Origin: Hypanus sabinus
Lineage: Eukaryota
NCBI RefSeq assembly: GCF_030144855.1
Contig: NC_082712.1
Location: 13,454,001-13,518,000 of the forward strand
Reading direction: 5' to 3'
DNA: 64,000 bases
In this document: positions 11,520-24,600 of the stretch, piece after piece
How positions within the stretch are numbered: position 1 is the first letter of the stretch
How the letters are laid out: every line of letters begins with the position of its first letter
Notes under the pieces: model-generated
Database searches by the model: none
What the model saw: only the letters and a program-made list of their open reading frames with translations
What the model was told of the DNA's origin: nothing
Program-made: the position numbers and the translations under genes

Positions 11520-14500
11520 TTGCTTTTACATTCGCTTTGACTTCCCTGGTCAACCACAATTGTATATTTTGCCATTTGAGATTTGCTTTGTTTTTGGAAT
11601 GCATCTACCCTGCACCTTCCTCACTTTGCACTGAAACTCACGTCATTGTTGCTCTGCTGTCATCCCTGCCAGCTTCTCCTTCCAATTTACTTTGGCTAAC
11701 TTCTCTCTCATACCACAATAATTTCCTTTACACCACTGAAATACTGCTACATCAGACTTTACTTTCTCCCTCTCAGATTTCAAGATGAACTCTCAATCAT
11801 ATTGTGATCACTGTTTCCTCAGGGTTCTTTTACCTTAAGCTCCCTAATCACCTCCAGTTCATTAAATAACACCCAATCCAGTAGAGCTGATTCTCTAGTC
11901 AGCTCAATGACAAACTGCTCTAAAAAGCCATCACTCAGGTATTCAACAAACTCACTCTCTTGAGATCCATTACCAAACTGATTTTCCCGATTGACCTGCA
12001 TGTTAAAATCTCCCATGACTATCATAAAATGGCCTTTTGACATGCTTTTTCTTTTTTCTTTTGTAATCTGTATTCCAAATTCCAACTACTGTTTGGAGGC
12101 CTGTATTTAACTGCCATCAGGGTCCTTTTACCTTTGCAGTTTCATAACTAAACCCACAAGGACTCAACATCTTCTGAACCAATGTCACATCTTACAACCA
12201 TATAACCATATAACAATTACAGCATGGAAACAGGCCATCTCAGCCTGTCTAGTCCTTGCTGAATGTTACTCTCACCTTGTCCCACTGACCTGCACTCAGC
12301 CCATAACCCTCCATTCCTTTCCTGTTCATTTACCTGTCCCATTGTACTTTAAATGACAATATTGAACCTGCCTCTACCTCTTCTACTGGAAGCTCACACA
12401 GCTACCCACTCAATGAATAAAGAAGTACCTCCTCGTGTTACCCCTAAACGTTTGCCCACTAACTCTCAGCTCATGTGTTTTTGTTTGAATCTCCCCTACT
12501 CTCAATGGAAAAAGCCTATCCACGTCAACTCTATCTATCCCTCTCGTAATTTTAAATACCTCTGTCAAGACCCCCCTCAATCTTCTACGCTCCAAAGAAT
12601 AAAGACCTAACTTGTTCAACCTTTCTCCATATCTTAGGTGCTGAAACCCAGGCAACATTCTAGTAAATCTTCTTTGTACTTTCTCTATTTTGTTGACATC
12701 TTTCCTATAATTTGGTGACCAGAACTGTACATAGTACTCCAAATTTGGCCTTACCAATGCCTTGTACAATTTTAACATTACATCCCAACTCCTATACTCA
12801 ATGCTCTGATTTATAAAGGCCAGCATATCAAAAGCTTTCTTCACCACCCTATCCACATGAGATTCCACCTTCAGGGAACTATGCACCATTATTCCTGGAT
12901 CACTCTATTCTACTGCATTCTTCAATGCCCTACCATTTACCATGTATGTCCTATTTTGACCTGTCCTACAAAAATGTAGAACCTCACACTTATCAGCATT
13001 AAACACCATCTGCCATCTTTCAGCCCTCTCTTCTAATTAGCCTAAATCTATCTGCAAGCTTTGAAAACCTACTTCATTATCCACAACACCACCTATCTTA
13101 GTATCATCTGCATACTTACTAATCCAATTTACCACCCCATCATCCAGATCATTAATGTAGATGACAAACAACATTGGACCCTGCACAGATCCCTGAGACA
13201 CACCACTAGTCCCCGGCCTCCAACGTGACAAACAGTTATCCACCACTACTCTCTGGCATCTCCCATCCAGCCACTGTTGAATCCATTTTACTACTTCAAT
13301 ATTAATACCTACTGATTGAACCTTCCTAACTAACTTTCCATGTGGAATCTTGTCAAAGGCCTTACTGAAGTCCATGTAGACAACATCCACTGCTTTACCC
13401 TCGTCAACTTACTTAGTAACCTCTTCAAAAAATTCAATAAGATTTGTCAAACATGACCTTCCACGCACAAATCCATGTTGACTGTTCCTAATCAGACCCT
13501 GTCTATCCAGAAAATTATATATACCATCTCTAAGAATATTTTCCATTAATTTACCCACCACTGACATCAAACTTACAGGCCTATAATTGCTAGGTTTACT
13601 CTTAGAATCCTTTTGAAACAATGGAACAATATGAGCAATACACCATTCCTCCAGCGCCAAACCCATTTCTAAAGACATTTGAAATATTTCTGTCAGAGCC
13701 ACTGCTATTTCTACACGAACCTCCCTGAAGGTCCTAGGGAAACATCCTGTCAGGATCTGGAGATTTATCCAATTTTATATTCCTTAAAAACACCAGTACT
13801 TCCTCCTCTTTAATCATCATTGTTTCCATAACTCCCCTACTTGTTTCCCTTACCTTACACAATTCAATATCCTTCTCCTTAGTGAATACCGATGAAAAGA
13901 AATTGTTCAATTTCGCACACTAGCTGTCCACTGATTCTCTAAGGGACCAATTTTATCCCTCACTATCCTTTTGCTATTAATATAAGTGTAGAAACTCTTT
14001 GGATTTATTTTCACCTTATTGTCAAAGCAACCTCGTACCTTCTTTTAGCTTTTCTAATTTGTTTCTTCAGATTCTTTTTACATTCTTTATATTCCTCAAG
14101 CACCTCATTTACTCCATGCTGCCTATATTTATTGTAGATATCTCTCTTTTTCCAAACAGTTTTCAATATCCCTTGAAAACCATGGCTCTCTCAAACTTTT
14201 AACCTAACAAGAACATAAAGATTCTGTACCCTCAGAATTTCACCTTAAATAACCTCCATTTCTCTATTACATCCTTCCCATAAAAAATTGTCCCGACCCA
14301 CTCTTTCTAAATCCTTTTGCATCTCCTCAAAGTTAGCCTTTCTCTAATCAAAAATCTCAACCCTGGGTCCAGTCCTAACCTTCTCCATAATTATATTGAA
14401 ACTAATGGCATTGTGATCACTGGACCTGAAGTGCTTCCCAACACGTACCTCCGTCACCTGACCTATCTCATTCCCGAACAGGAGATCCAACACTGCCCCT

Positions 14501-15427
14501 TCTCTAGTTGGTACTGCTAGGACTAAACTGTCCTGCACACATTTTACAAACTCCAAACCATCCAGCCCTTTTACAGAATGGGCTTCCCAGTCTATGTGTG
14601 GAAAATCAAAAGCTCCCACAATCACAACCTCATGCTTACTATAAATATCTGCTATCTCCATACAAATTTGCTCCTCCAATTCTTGCTCCCCATTAGGTGG
14701 TCTATAATACACCCCTATGAGTGTTACTACACCTTTCCATTCCTCAATTCCACCCAAATAGTCTCCCGAGACAAGCCCTCTAATCCATCCTGCCAGAGCA
14801 CTGCTGTAATATTTTCTCTGACATGCAATGCAACACCTCCCCCTCTTGTCCCTCCGATTCTATCACACCTGAAGCATGAAATCCAGGAATATTTAGTTGC
14901 CAATCACACTCCTACTGCAACCATGTTTCACTAATATGTACAACATCATATTTCCAGGTATCAATCCATGCTCTAAGCTCATCCAACTTTCTTACAATGC
15001 TCCTAGCATTAAAATAAATACATTTAAGAAATTGTCCACCTCCTCCTCTCTGTTTATCTCTTAAAGTACAAAGAACTTTACTGTCTCCTTTTTCTTGCTC
15101 TCCCATACATCTGTTCCTACACTCTGGTTCCCCTCCCGCCTCATATCTAGTTTTAATCCACTGGAGCCTCTCTCACAAACCTACCTGCAAGAATATTTGT
15201 TACCCTCCAGTTCAGATGTAAACCATCCTGCTGGAACAGGTTCCACCTTCTCTGGAAGACTTCCCAATATCTATAAATCTGAAGCCCTCCCTCTTGCACC
15301 ATGTCTTCAGCCGCATGTTGATCTGCGCTATCTTACTATTTCTAAACCTGCCTGCACGTGGCACTGGTAGGAATCCTGAGATTGCTATCCTGGAGGTCCT
15401 GTCCTTTAACTTGGTGCCTAACCCCCT
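11520..15427 (-). mobile_element. Adjacent CR1 LINE fragments (ORF1 esterase end, endonuclease, RT, 3' end)
   Basis: [61 protein letters not shown]. Confidence 0.88.
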
Positions 15428-15937
15428 TGTCACGTAGCCCGTGATGGGTTAAAGAACCAGCAGAAATAGGAAACACCGTGGTCTGGTACTGCTACAAACC
15501 AAAGCTATTTATTAGTAACTACACAATACAGAGATATAAATGCAGATATATCAAACGGGTTAACAATGATTATATATTTTATATTATATTTATATTATAT
15601 TATATTATATTTTTATCACAGCTTTTCTGCACTGCGAGAGTCACTGATCAATTTCCCCGAATCGATCCTCCAAAACCCCACCTTCCTGTGGGCACAACAA
15701 GCTCATCCAGTGTCCAAAACCGTGTGTGTCCGAGTCCAGCAGCTGACCTGGTATTTACTTCAGCATGCTGAACACCAGCTGTCCATCAAACTGCTCTGCC
15801 CTTCTCTCTCTGTCAGAATGTACAAGCAGCCACTGTCCTTGTGGAAATGAAAACAAACTGCTGAGAAACCATAACATCAATCTTCTGAGCACTCTTCACT
15901 TCTCTCGCTCTTAATAACAAGGTCTCTGTGTTGGACA
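15428..15937 (-). mobile_element. Solo LTR inserted in CR1 (same family as 26712-27525)
   Basis: TG...CA termini; its 3' end (CTGCTGGTTCTTTAACCCATCACGGGCTACGTGACA) resembles the end of the 26712 LTR; CR1 resumes on both sides; TSD unclear. Confidence 0.6.
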
Positions 15938-16700
15938 CCTCCCTCTATCTCTTTCTTTTTAAGAGCATAGTTCATAGGGTCAATTCAGGACCCAGTCACA
16001 CCCTAAAGTCACCTTTCAGGACTTCCTCACTCTTCCTATCCACATCATTGGTCCCTACATGGACCACAACATCCAGTTGCTCACCCTCCCTTTTGAGAAT
16101 ACTGAGAACTCGTTCCTAGATATCGCGGACCCTGGCACTCGGGAGGCAACAGACCATCCAGGATTCTCAATCTCTCCCACAGAACCTCTTATCTGTCCCC
16201 CTAACTATCAAATCCCCTATCACTGCAGCTCTCCTCTTTTCTCTCCTTGCCTTCTGAGCTGAGGGTCCAGTCTCGGTGCCAGAGATGCAACCACTGCAAC
16301 TTGTCCCTGGTCGGTCATCCCTACCATTTGTATCCAAAATGGTACACTTATTATTGAGGGGAACAGGCACAGGGGTGCTCTGCTCATTCTGTCTAACCTT
16401 CCCTCTCCTGACAGTCACCCAGCTACCTGTCTCCTGACTCGGAGGAGTGACGATCTCCCTGTAACTCCTGTTTACTTCTGCCTCTGCCTCCCAAATGACC
16501 CGAAGTTCATTCAGCTCCAGCTCCAGTTCCCTAATCTTTCTACTGATTTGATGCCATTCTTTACCAGTAGAGTCACACCACCCCCTCTGCCTACCTTCAT
16601 ATCCCTCTGATACAACGTGTAACCTTGGACATTCAGCTTCCAACTACAATCATCATTCAGTCATGATTCAGTGATGGTCACAACATCATACCTGACAATC
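15938..16700 (-). mobile_element. CR1 ORF1 fragment
   Basis: KIRELELELNELR leucine-zipper-like stretch and VIGDLIVRGTDKRFC (GDSL-esterase-like start). Confidence 0.8.
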
Positions 16701-17282
16701 TGTAATTGTGAAACAAGATCATCCACCTTATTTCTTATTCTCAGTACATTGTGATATAACACTTTGAGTACTGTATTTGCTTTTCAGACAGGTGAGGCTC
16801 ATCAGCCTTGGACAGCAGCCTGCCGAGGAGAATGAAAACTCTGATTTTAAGTCTTCATTACTTGTGGCCGTACCCACCCACGGGAAAGGCTTCGGGAGTA
16901 AACCCTGAGGAAGAAATCCGTAGCCGGGGTCCTTAGCCGCAGTTTGATGTTGTTTACAACTTCACTCTGGCAACCCCAGCAATGACACTGGTGCCAGGCT
17001 GTATCGGTGTTTGCCCTTCCCTTGGACTCCATCAGTGACGTGGAGATGGGGAACCCGCTGCATGGGCAACAGCTGATTCTTCAAATCTTCCCACCCAGGC
17101 TTACACCCTGGAGAAGACACAGTCCACCAGAGGCACAGACCCATGATCCCCTGAGATTGACGGCTGCCTACTGTATTTGCTACCCTTTTTGATTCTGCAC
17201 CCCTAATACACTGACACTCACCCTGATGGCTGCCTGCCCTTCCTGACAGTCTGACTGCAAGCAATCTTTGCTTTTTTACCAT

Positions 17283-17478
17283 TGTGGTAAACTATGTGTA
17301 TACCTGTCTGGACACGCCCCTCTGCTGACTGCTCCTGTGGCTCCTCCCACAGACCACTGTATAAAGGATATTGGAGGCACTGCTCCTCCCTCAGTCTCCG
17401 AGATGTAGTGGTCATGTTTTCAGCTAATAAAAGCCTATCTTTTGCCTCCCATCTCCGAGAGTTATTGATGTTGCATCA
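17283..17478 (+). mobile_element. Short solo LTR, 196 bp
   Basis: TGTGG...CATCA termini, TATAAAGG and AATAAA inside, perfect 5-bp TSD ACCAT (17278-17282 and 17479-17483). Confidence 0.9.
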
Positions 17479-17483
17479 ACCAT

Positions 17484-18390
17484 TCATCCTATCCTGAGTC
17501 CCTGAAATCCAGTTCCTATCCCCCTGCAAAATTAGTTTAAACTCTCCCCTACAGCTCTAACAAACGTGCCCATGAGAATATTGGTTTCCCTTGAGTTCAG
17601 GTGCAACCCGTCACTTTTGAACAGTGTCATACCTCCCCCAGAAGAGACCCCAATAACCCAAAGCCAAGCCCTGCCCCCTGCCCCAGCTTCTCAGCCACAC
17701 ATTGATCTACCAAATCATCCCGTTTCTACCATCACTGCCGCGTGGCACAGGCAGCAATCCAGAGATTACTACCCTGGAGGTCCTGCTTCTCAGCTTTCTA
17801 CCGAGCTGTCTAAATTCTCTCTTTGCTTCTCTTTCCGATGTCATTGGTGCCAATATGTATCAAAATGTCTGGCTGCTCTCCCTCCCTCTACATAAAGCTG
17901 AGGACGCAATCTGTGATGCCCCTGACTCTGGCACCTGGGAGGCAACATAGCATCTGGGTGTCCTGTTCACATCCACAGAATCTTCTGTTTGTTCCTCTGA
18001 ATATCGGAAGCAGTTTTGGGCCCCTTATCTTAGAAAGGATGTACTGAAACTGGAGAGGGTTTAAAGGAGGTTCATGAAAATGATTCCAGGATTAAATGGC
18101 TTGTCACATTCAGAGTGGTTGATGTCTCTGGGCCTGTATTCACCAGAATTCATTAGAATGAGGAGTGACCTCATTGAAACCTATCGAATGGTGAAAGGCC
18201 TCGATAGAGTGGATGTGGAGAGGATGTTTCCTATGGTGGGGAGTCTAAGACCAGAGGACACAGCCTCAGAATAGAGGGGAATCCTTTTAGAATAGAGATG
18301 AGGAGGAAATTCTTTAGCCAGAGAGTGGTGAATCTGTAGAGTTTGTTGCCGTTGGCAGCTATGGAGGCTGAGTCATTATGTATATTTAAG
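17484..18390. mobile_element. CR1 fragments (ORF1 on -, then 3' end on +)
   Basis: ORF1 esterase-like sequence to ~17990; RMRSDLIETY 3' fragment on + from ~17995. Confidence 0.75.
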
Positions 18391-18595
18391 AGGGGTGTTG
18401 TTCCCCCTCTCCAAGCATCTGATGAACCCAAAGGAATGGCAGAGACTGGTACAGTTTGGCACCAGTTGCATCGAGGAGTTGCCAGTCAGTGTTGAACTTA
18501 ATGTAGATCTGCCTGATGGACTCCAGCTCCAGAATTTCACCTTGGGGGTTTACTCCCGAAGCCTTCCTCATGAGTGAGTACAGTCACAAAGGGTG

Positions 18596-18809
18596 TGATG
18601 CACCATCAATAACTCACACTGAGACGAAAGGCGAGATATCGGCTTTTATTGACTGGAAGAAGGAACCAGGAGTGAGTGTCCATCATACCATGTCCTGGAG
18701 ACTGAGGCCGAGCGAAAGGCCTCAGATCGCCTTTATACAGGGGCCTGTGGGAGGAGCCACAGGAGCAGTCAGCGGGGGGCGTGTCCAGACAGGCACATAG
18801 TTCACCACA
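18596..18809 (-). mobile_element. Short solo LTR, 214 bp, same family as 17283-17478
   Basis: Reverse complement begins TGTGGTGAACTATG and ends GGTGCATCA; perfect 5-bp TSD GGGTG (18591-18595 and 18810-18814). Confidence 0.9.
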
Positions 18810-21117
18810 GGGTGGAGATTTGAGATCAGAGTTTTCCCTCTCCTAGATGAGCTGCCAACCACGGCTGACAAGCCCCATCTGCCCAAAGCAACTGGTTTTA
18901 AAGTTCCAGTAACCCACATATGCCCCTTCACCTGTCATTAGAAACGGTTCCTCTGGGTTTAGTAGCTGAGCCACACGTGAAGGGCAGGAGCTGGAGTTCG
19001 TTGTCAGAGGCCATTTGAGGCAGACGCCATTGGGAGCATTTAATAGGTAGTGGGAGCTTGTCCGTATTACCACTCTCAGCTACAACAACAGTAACCCTTT
19101 ACAACGGGTAGTCAAAACTGCCTAATGCATTGCTGGCAGCAGCCTACCCAGCATCAAACTCATATATACACAGAAATGTGCCAATAAAGACCAGGTAACA
19201 CCATGAATGATCTCACACCCACCCACCCCTCGCTCATGGACTGTTTGTCCCACTCCCATCAGCACCACACTGGGACCACCAGACTCTAAAACAGTTACTT
19301 TCCCCAAGCAGCAAGTCTGATCAACCCCTCCCCTCTCCACACCCCCACCACCATATCTTCATTATTTCCTGACAGTCTCCTTATGTACACACACCCCTAT
19401 GCCTCGTGTCACTTTATGGACACACAACCGATCTGTGTATAGAAACTATCTTATGCGTTTATACTTATTTTGTGTATTTTTTGTATTATTGTGTTCTTTA
19501 TCTCAGTGTTTTTTCGTGTTGCTTTGAACCCAGTGTGACAGTTATTTCATTCTCCTTTACACTTGTCTGCTGGAAATGATCTGAAACAATTTGAATGTTG
19601 AATGTTGAATCCGGGGTTCCTGCAGTGTGTTTTGTTTCCAGCATCTGCAGACTCCTGTGCCCCCGTGATGATGGTCACACTGCCTTCGGTGAAACCCTGG
19701 ACACTAACTCCGCCTGTGTCCAGTTATCTGCAGGACCTCTTCCTCCTGGTCAGTTCTCCCCCTCCAGTCCCTTGCTTTATGGTTTCTTTCCCATTGACCT
19801 CACCCACTAATTTCAATTGCCAGATCCATGTATCTTATCCATGTTCACTCTAGGAATTGGACTGTAAGGTCAGAAGATATAGGAGCAGAATTAGGCTATT
19901 CGGTCCATCGAGTCTGTTCCCCCATTCCATTATGTCTGATTTAGTTTCCCCCTCAACCCCATTTTCCTGTCCTCTATCTGTAACCTTCCTAATGAAGAAA
20001 CTATCAGACTCTGTTTCAAATATACGCAGTGACTTGGCTTCCCACAGTCGTCTGTGGCAATGAATTTCACAGAATCACGACTGTCAGGCTGAAGAATGTC
20101 TGATACCAGATGGTGTGTGATTCAGCTGGGAGGGGGTAAGTTCAAAGGGGGTGTGGGGACAAATTTATCTTTACAGAGAGAGTGGTGGGTGTGCAGAACA
20201 CACTGCCAGGGTTGGGTGGGGGAGACAGATTCCGTAGAGGCGTTTAAGAGACTCTTGGACTGATGCATGAATTGTGGTTTGGGATATAGACTTGGTGTAG
20301 CAGAAGCAGTTAGTTTAGTTAAGCATTCAATTACGAGTTTAAGTAGTTTGTGGACTGAAATGTCTTTTCCCGTGCTATACTGTTCTATGACTTTCTATCC
20401 AGCCTCCTGCAGAATTCTCTGGAAATTCTACAGTTCTATAGCTGGGGTGCCAAAGACTTCTGCAGTTCTGTATTTGTCAACGTGGAGCGGAGAGAGAGTT
20501 TGTAAATCTGGTGGAAGCAAAGGCTGTTGGGAATGGTGAGGATGAAGTGTGGGACAGGGGCAGAGAAGGAGTGCTGGGGCAGGGGATGGTGTGGGTGCAG
20601 ACACCCCCAGACCTGAGACGCCAAGATCATCTGATTCCAAACAACTGTTTTACCGATCACTACACGATGTCTCTCTGGTGTTTCCCGCTCCCTTCCCCTT
20701 TTCCCAGCCATGATTGCCCCCTCCCTGTCCCCTTTCCCACTATCAGTCCACAATCGAGTCCCCTATCAGCATCAGGTTTATCATCACTCACAAATGCCAC
20801 AGAACAGAGAACATTGAAGAGTACAGTGAAGGGACAGGCCATTCGGCCCATAATGTTCACTGAACCAACTAAAAAGTAAATCAACCCCCCCCCACCACCA
20901 TCTCTCCACCTTCCTCACACCCATGCGCCTATCCAAACGTCTCTTAAAAGCCTCCAATGTATTTGCCTTCACCACCCTACCAGGGGGGGCATTCCAGGCA
21001 TCCATCACACACGGAGTAAAAAACTTACCCCTTACGGCCCCCTTGAGCCTACCCCCCTTTCACCTTCAATGCCCTCTGGTATTGGACATTTCAACCCTCA
21101 TCTTAACCCTAATGTCG

Positions 21118-21295
21118 GCAGATCAAGCAGCATCTAGTGACAAGAGCCCAGAGTCAACGTTTCGAGCCGAGACCCTTCTTCAGGATCAAAATGAAAGGGT
21201 CTCAGCCTGAAACATCGACTGTTCACTCCCCTCCTGTCCGACCTGCTGAGTGCCTCCAGCATTTTGTGTGTGTTGCTCTGGACTTGCAGAATCTG
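21118..21295. mobile_element. Penelope-derived short repeat, inverted pair, carrying a minimal hammerhead ribozyme motif
   Basis: Minus strand 21187-21151 reads GATC-CTGAAGA-A-GGGTCTCGGCTC-GAAAC-GTT-GACTC; a truncated + copy follows. Confidence 0.7.
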
Positions 21296-21459
21296 GTGTT
21301 TGCAAATTACTGCAGGACTGTGCAAAAGTCTTTGGCACCAAGCTATATATATGTAAGTGCCTAAGACTTTCCCACAGCATCGTACTTGCATAAAATTTGC
21401 TTCCAGTAAACGCGAAGAGTTTGTAACTACGGTCATGAGAAAGTGCACTGTGTTTGAAA

Positions 21460-21520
21460 TGACTTCCTGCCAGCTACTAACTTCGACAGTGGCTGAGAAT
21501 TTTTTTTTTGAGGAAGTGAA
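21460..21520 (+). promoter_or_regulatory. Candidate leukocyte promoter with two Ets/PU.1 sites
   Basis: ACTTCCTG at 21462-21469 and GAGGAAGTGAA at 21510-21520, about 90-145 bp upstream of the leader ATG in non-repeat sequence. Confidence 0.5.
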
Positions 21521-21606
21521 GCAGCAAATCGAGCAGCTTCTGTATTTCAGCGAGAGAATGAAGAAAGAACTGAAGTGTGAGAGGACTCCACACTGAAGCG
21601 CTGGAA

Positions 21607-21667
21607 ATGCTCTCTCTCCGGGTTTGTCTCTGCACGGTCCTGTTGTCCGTCTCAGTCCGGGGATACA
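21607..21667 (+). CDS. Exon 1: signal peptide [20 protein letters not shown]
   Basis: Hydrophobic core, VRG cleavage-type motif, phase-1 donor A|GTAGGT matching the phase-1 acceptor of exon 2. Confidence 0.75.
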
Positions 21668-24600
21668 GTAGGTGTTTTCCATTGTCCCCTGTCTCCCCGC
21701 TGTCTCTCTCCTAAAGGCTCGTTTTACTTTGTGGCGCAGCGCGATCTATTTGGACGTTGGTTCTGCCAGTGGAGGGTTGGCGTTGGGACCCTGTCCTTCC
21801 CTGAGTGCTGGGCTGGACTGCCTTCTGGTGACGATGAACCCCAGTACTATTGGGAAGAGACGTCCAAGTTTGATCCCAGTTAAAGGCCGGGCACAATTCC
21901 AAGCCTGGGTGGTGATGAATTTGGAGCGAAGCTGTAGTGTGGTGGTTAGCGTGATGCTTTACATTCCCTGTGACCCAGGTTCAATTCTCGCCGCTGTCTG
22001 TACGTTCTTCAGTTCTCAATGCTATTTGCTTATTTTTAACGTTTTCACGATCTTTCCCCTTTGCACATTGGCTGTACGACGGCCTTCAGAATCAGAATCA
22101 AACTTAATATCACCGACATATGTTGTGAAACTTGTTGACTTTGTGGCGGCAGTACGATGCAATTGCTAATAACAGAGAAAAACTGAATCACAGTAAGTGT
22201 ATATATGTGTATAAAGTAGTTAAATAATAGCACCAAAACAGAAATAAAAAAGTAATGAGGTAGTATACAGGGTTCATTGTTCATTCAGAAATCGGATGGC
22301 AGAGGGAAGAAGCTGTTCCGGAATCGCTGAGTGTGTGTCTTCAGGCTCCTGTACCTCCTGCCTGGTGGTAGCAATGAGAACAGGGCATGTCCTGGGTGAT
22401 GGGGGTCCTTAATGATGGATGCTGCCTTTCTGAGGCACCACTCCTCGAAGATGTGTTGGAAACTACGGAGGCTCGAGCCCACGATGGCGCCGAGTAATTT
22501 TACAACTCTCTGCAGATTCCTTCCATCTTAAGCTGTAGCCCCCCACCCCCCATCCCCCATTCCAGGCGGTGATGCAGCCAGTCAGAATGCTCCCCACCGT
22601 ACGTCTGTAGAGATGGGCGAGTCTTTTACGTGACATACCAAATCTCCTCAAACTCCTGGTGAAATATAACCGCTGTTGTACCTTCTTTGTAATCACATCA
22701 ACATGTTGGGACCAGGTTCAGTCCTCCGATGTTTTGAAACACCCTGGAATTTGAAACTGCTCACTCTCTCCACTTCTGATCCCTTGATGAGGATTGGTTT
22801 GTGTTCCCTCGTCTTACCCTTCTGAAGTCCACGGTCAGCTCTTTGGTCTTACTGACGTTGAGTGCAAGGTTGTTGCTGCGACACCACTCCACTAATCGGC
22901 ATATCTCACTCCTGTACGCCCTCTCATCACTACCCGAGATTCTACCAACAATGATTGTATTGTCAGCAAATTTATAGATGGTGTTTGAGCTATGCCTAGC
23001 CATACAGTCATGGGTGTAGAGAGACTAGAACAGTGGCTAAAAACACATCCTTGAGGTGCACCAGTGTTGATTGTCAGTGAGATGGAGATCTTATTAGCAA
23101 TCTGCACAGATTGTGACATTCCGGTTAGGAATTCGAGGATCCAGTTGAAGAGGGAAGTACTGAGGCCCAGTTTCTGTAACTAATCAATCAGGACTGTAGT
23201 AATGATGGGTTCTTTTGGGTTTCTTTGTTCTGTGGCTGCCTGTAAGGAGAGAAATCACAAGGTTGTATAATCTATATATACATTGAACTCTGAACTCTGA
23301 ACTCACTGTGACCTCATGGGTTTCCTCCAGGTGCTCTGGTTTTCTCCCACAATCTACTGGATGGTGGGTTAACTGGTCATTGTGAATTGTCCTGTGATTA
23401 GGCTCGGGTTGTTGGGCATCACGGCTCAAAAGGCCGGAGGGGGCCTATTCTGCATTGTGTCTCAGTAAATGAATATACTTGGGAGGGGAGCCTGCGGGTT
23501 GTGGTGTTCACATCCACCCGATACCCTGATGTGGAGAGGTGGTGGCTGCTGGAATAGCAGGGTGAGTAACTGCGTTGCGTGTTGTAGACGGTGCACACCG
23601 CGGCCACTGTGCGCTGGCGGTGGAAGGAGGGAGTACTGACTGGGTGCTCAAGTGGTCACTGTTGTCCTGGGTTGTGTGATGTTGTAGTTGTACAAGATGT
23701 TGGTGAAGACATATTGAGTACAGAGTTGGGATATTATATTGAAGTTGAATAAGAATAACATAATAATTTATAATACTAAAGAACACAATAAGTATTAGTA
23801 CATTAGACAGCTTATATACGTGGATTGATTGTATATACATAAAGTTCCATATGAATGACAACTTTATCATTTCCTGTCAGTCACCTGAAGTACAGACACT
23901 CCTGAGCCTGGAGTCACTTTATGGACATAAAGTCTATCTGTCAATCTATATATCAATCTATGTATAGAAACTATCATATGTACAGTGTTTATATTTATTG
24001 TGTTATTATTATTGGCTCTTTATTTTATTGTATTTTTGTGCTGCATTGGATCCAGAGTAACAATGGTTTTTTTCTGCTTCACACTTGTGGCCATCTATTG
24101 AATACCAAAAGGACGCAGAGAACACTGGACGGTGCAGCACAGTACAGTCCCTTCAGCTCTCAATGTTGCTCCAATCTTTTATCCTGCCCCAAGATCAATC
24201 TAACCCTTCCCTCCCACATAACCCTCCATTTCTCTTCCATCAGTGTGTCTATCTAAGTGTCCCTAATGTCTCAGCCTCTACGACCACCAGGACGTTCCAC
24301 ATACCCACCACTCTCTGTCGAAAACTTACTCCCTATACTTTCACCAGTCACCTTAAAATTAGACCCTCTCATATTAGCCAGTTCTGCTCTGGGTATGTAA
24401 GTAACTCTGTCTTGTTGGACATGGTCATAGTTTGACCCCCATCTCAACCTCCCAATGAAGCCATGTTGTTGATAGAGTCATTCCAGTCTCACCACCTTCT
24501 GAGTTCCGCTTAAAATTTTCACCTTTCACCCTCTACCTGTGACCTCTGTTTGTAGTCCCACCCATCCTCAGTGGAAAAAGTCTGCTTGCATTTACCCTGT

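Noticed and set aside
21935-22010. tRNA gene
   Set aside because: Only A/B-box-like remnants followed by SINE body sequence; no complete cloverleaf.
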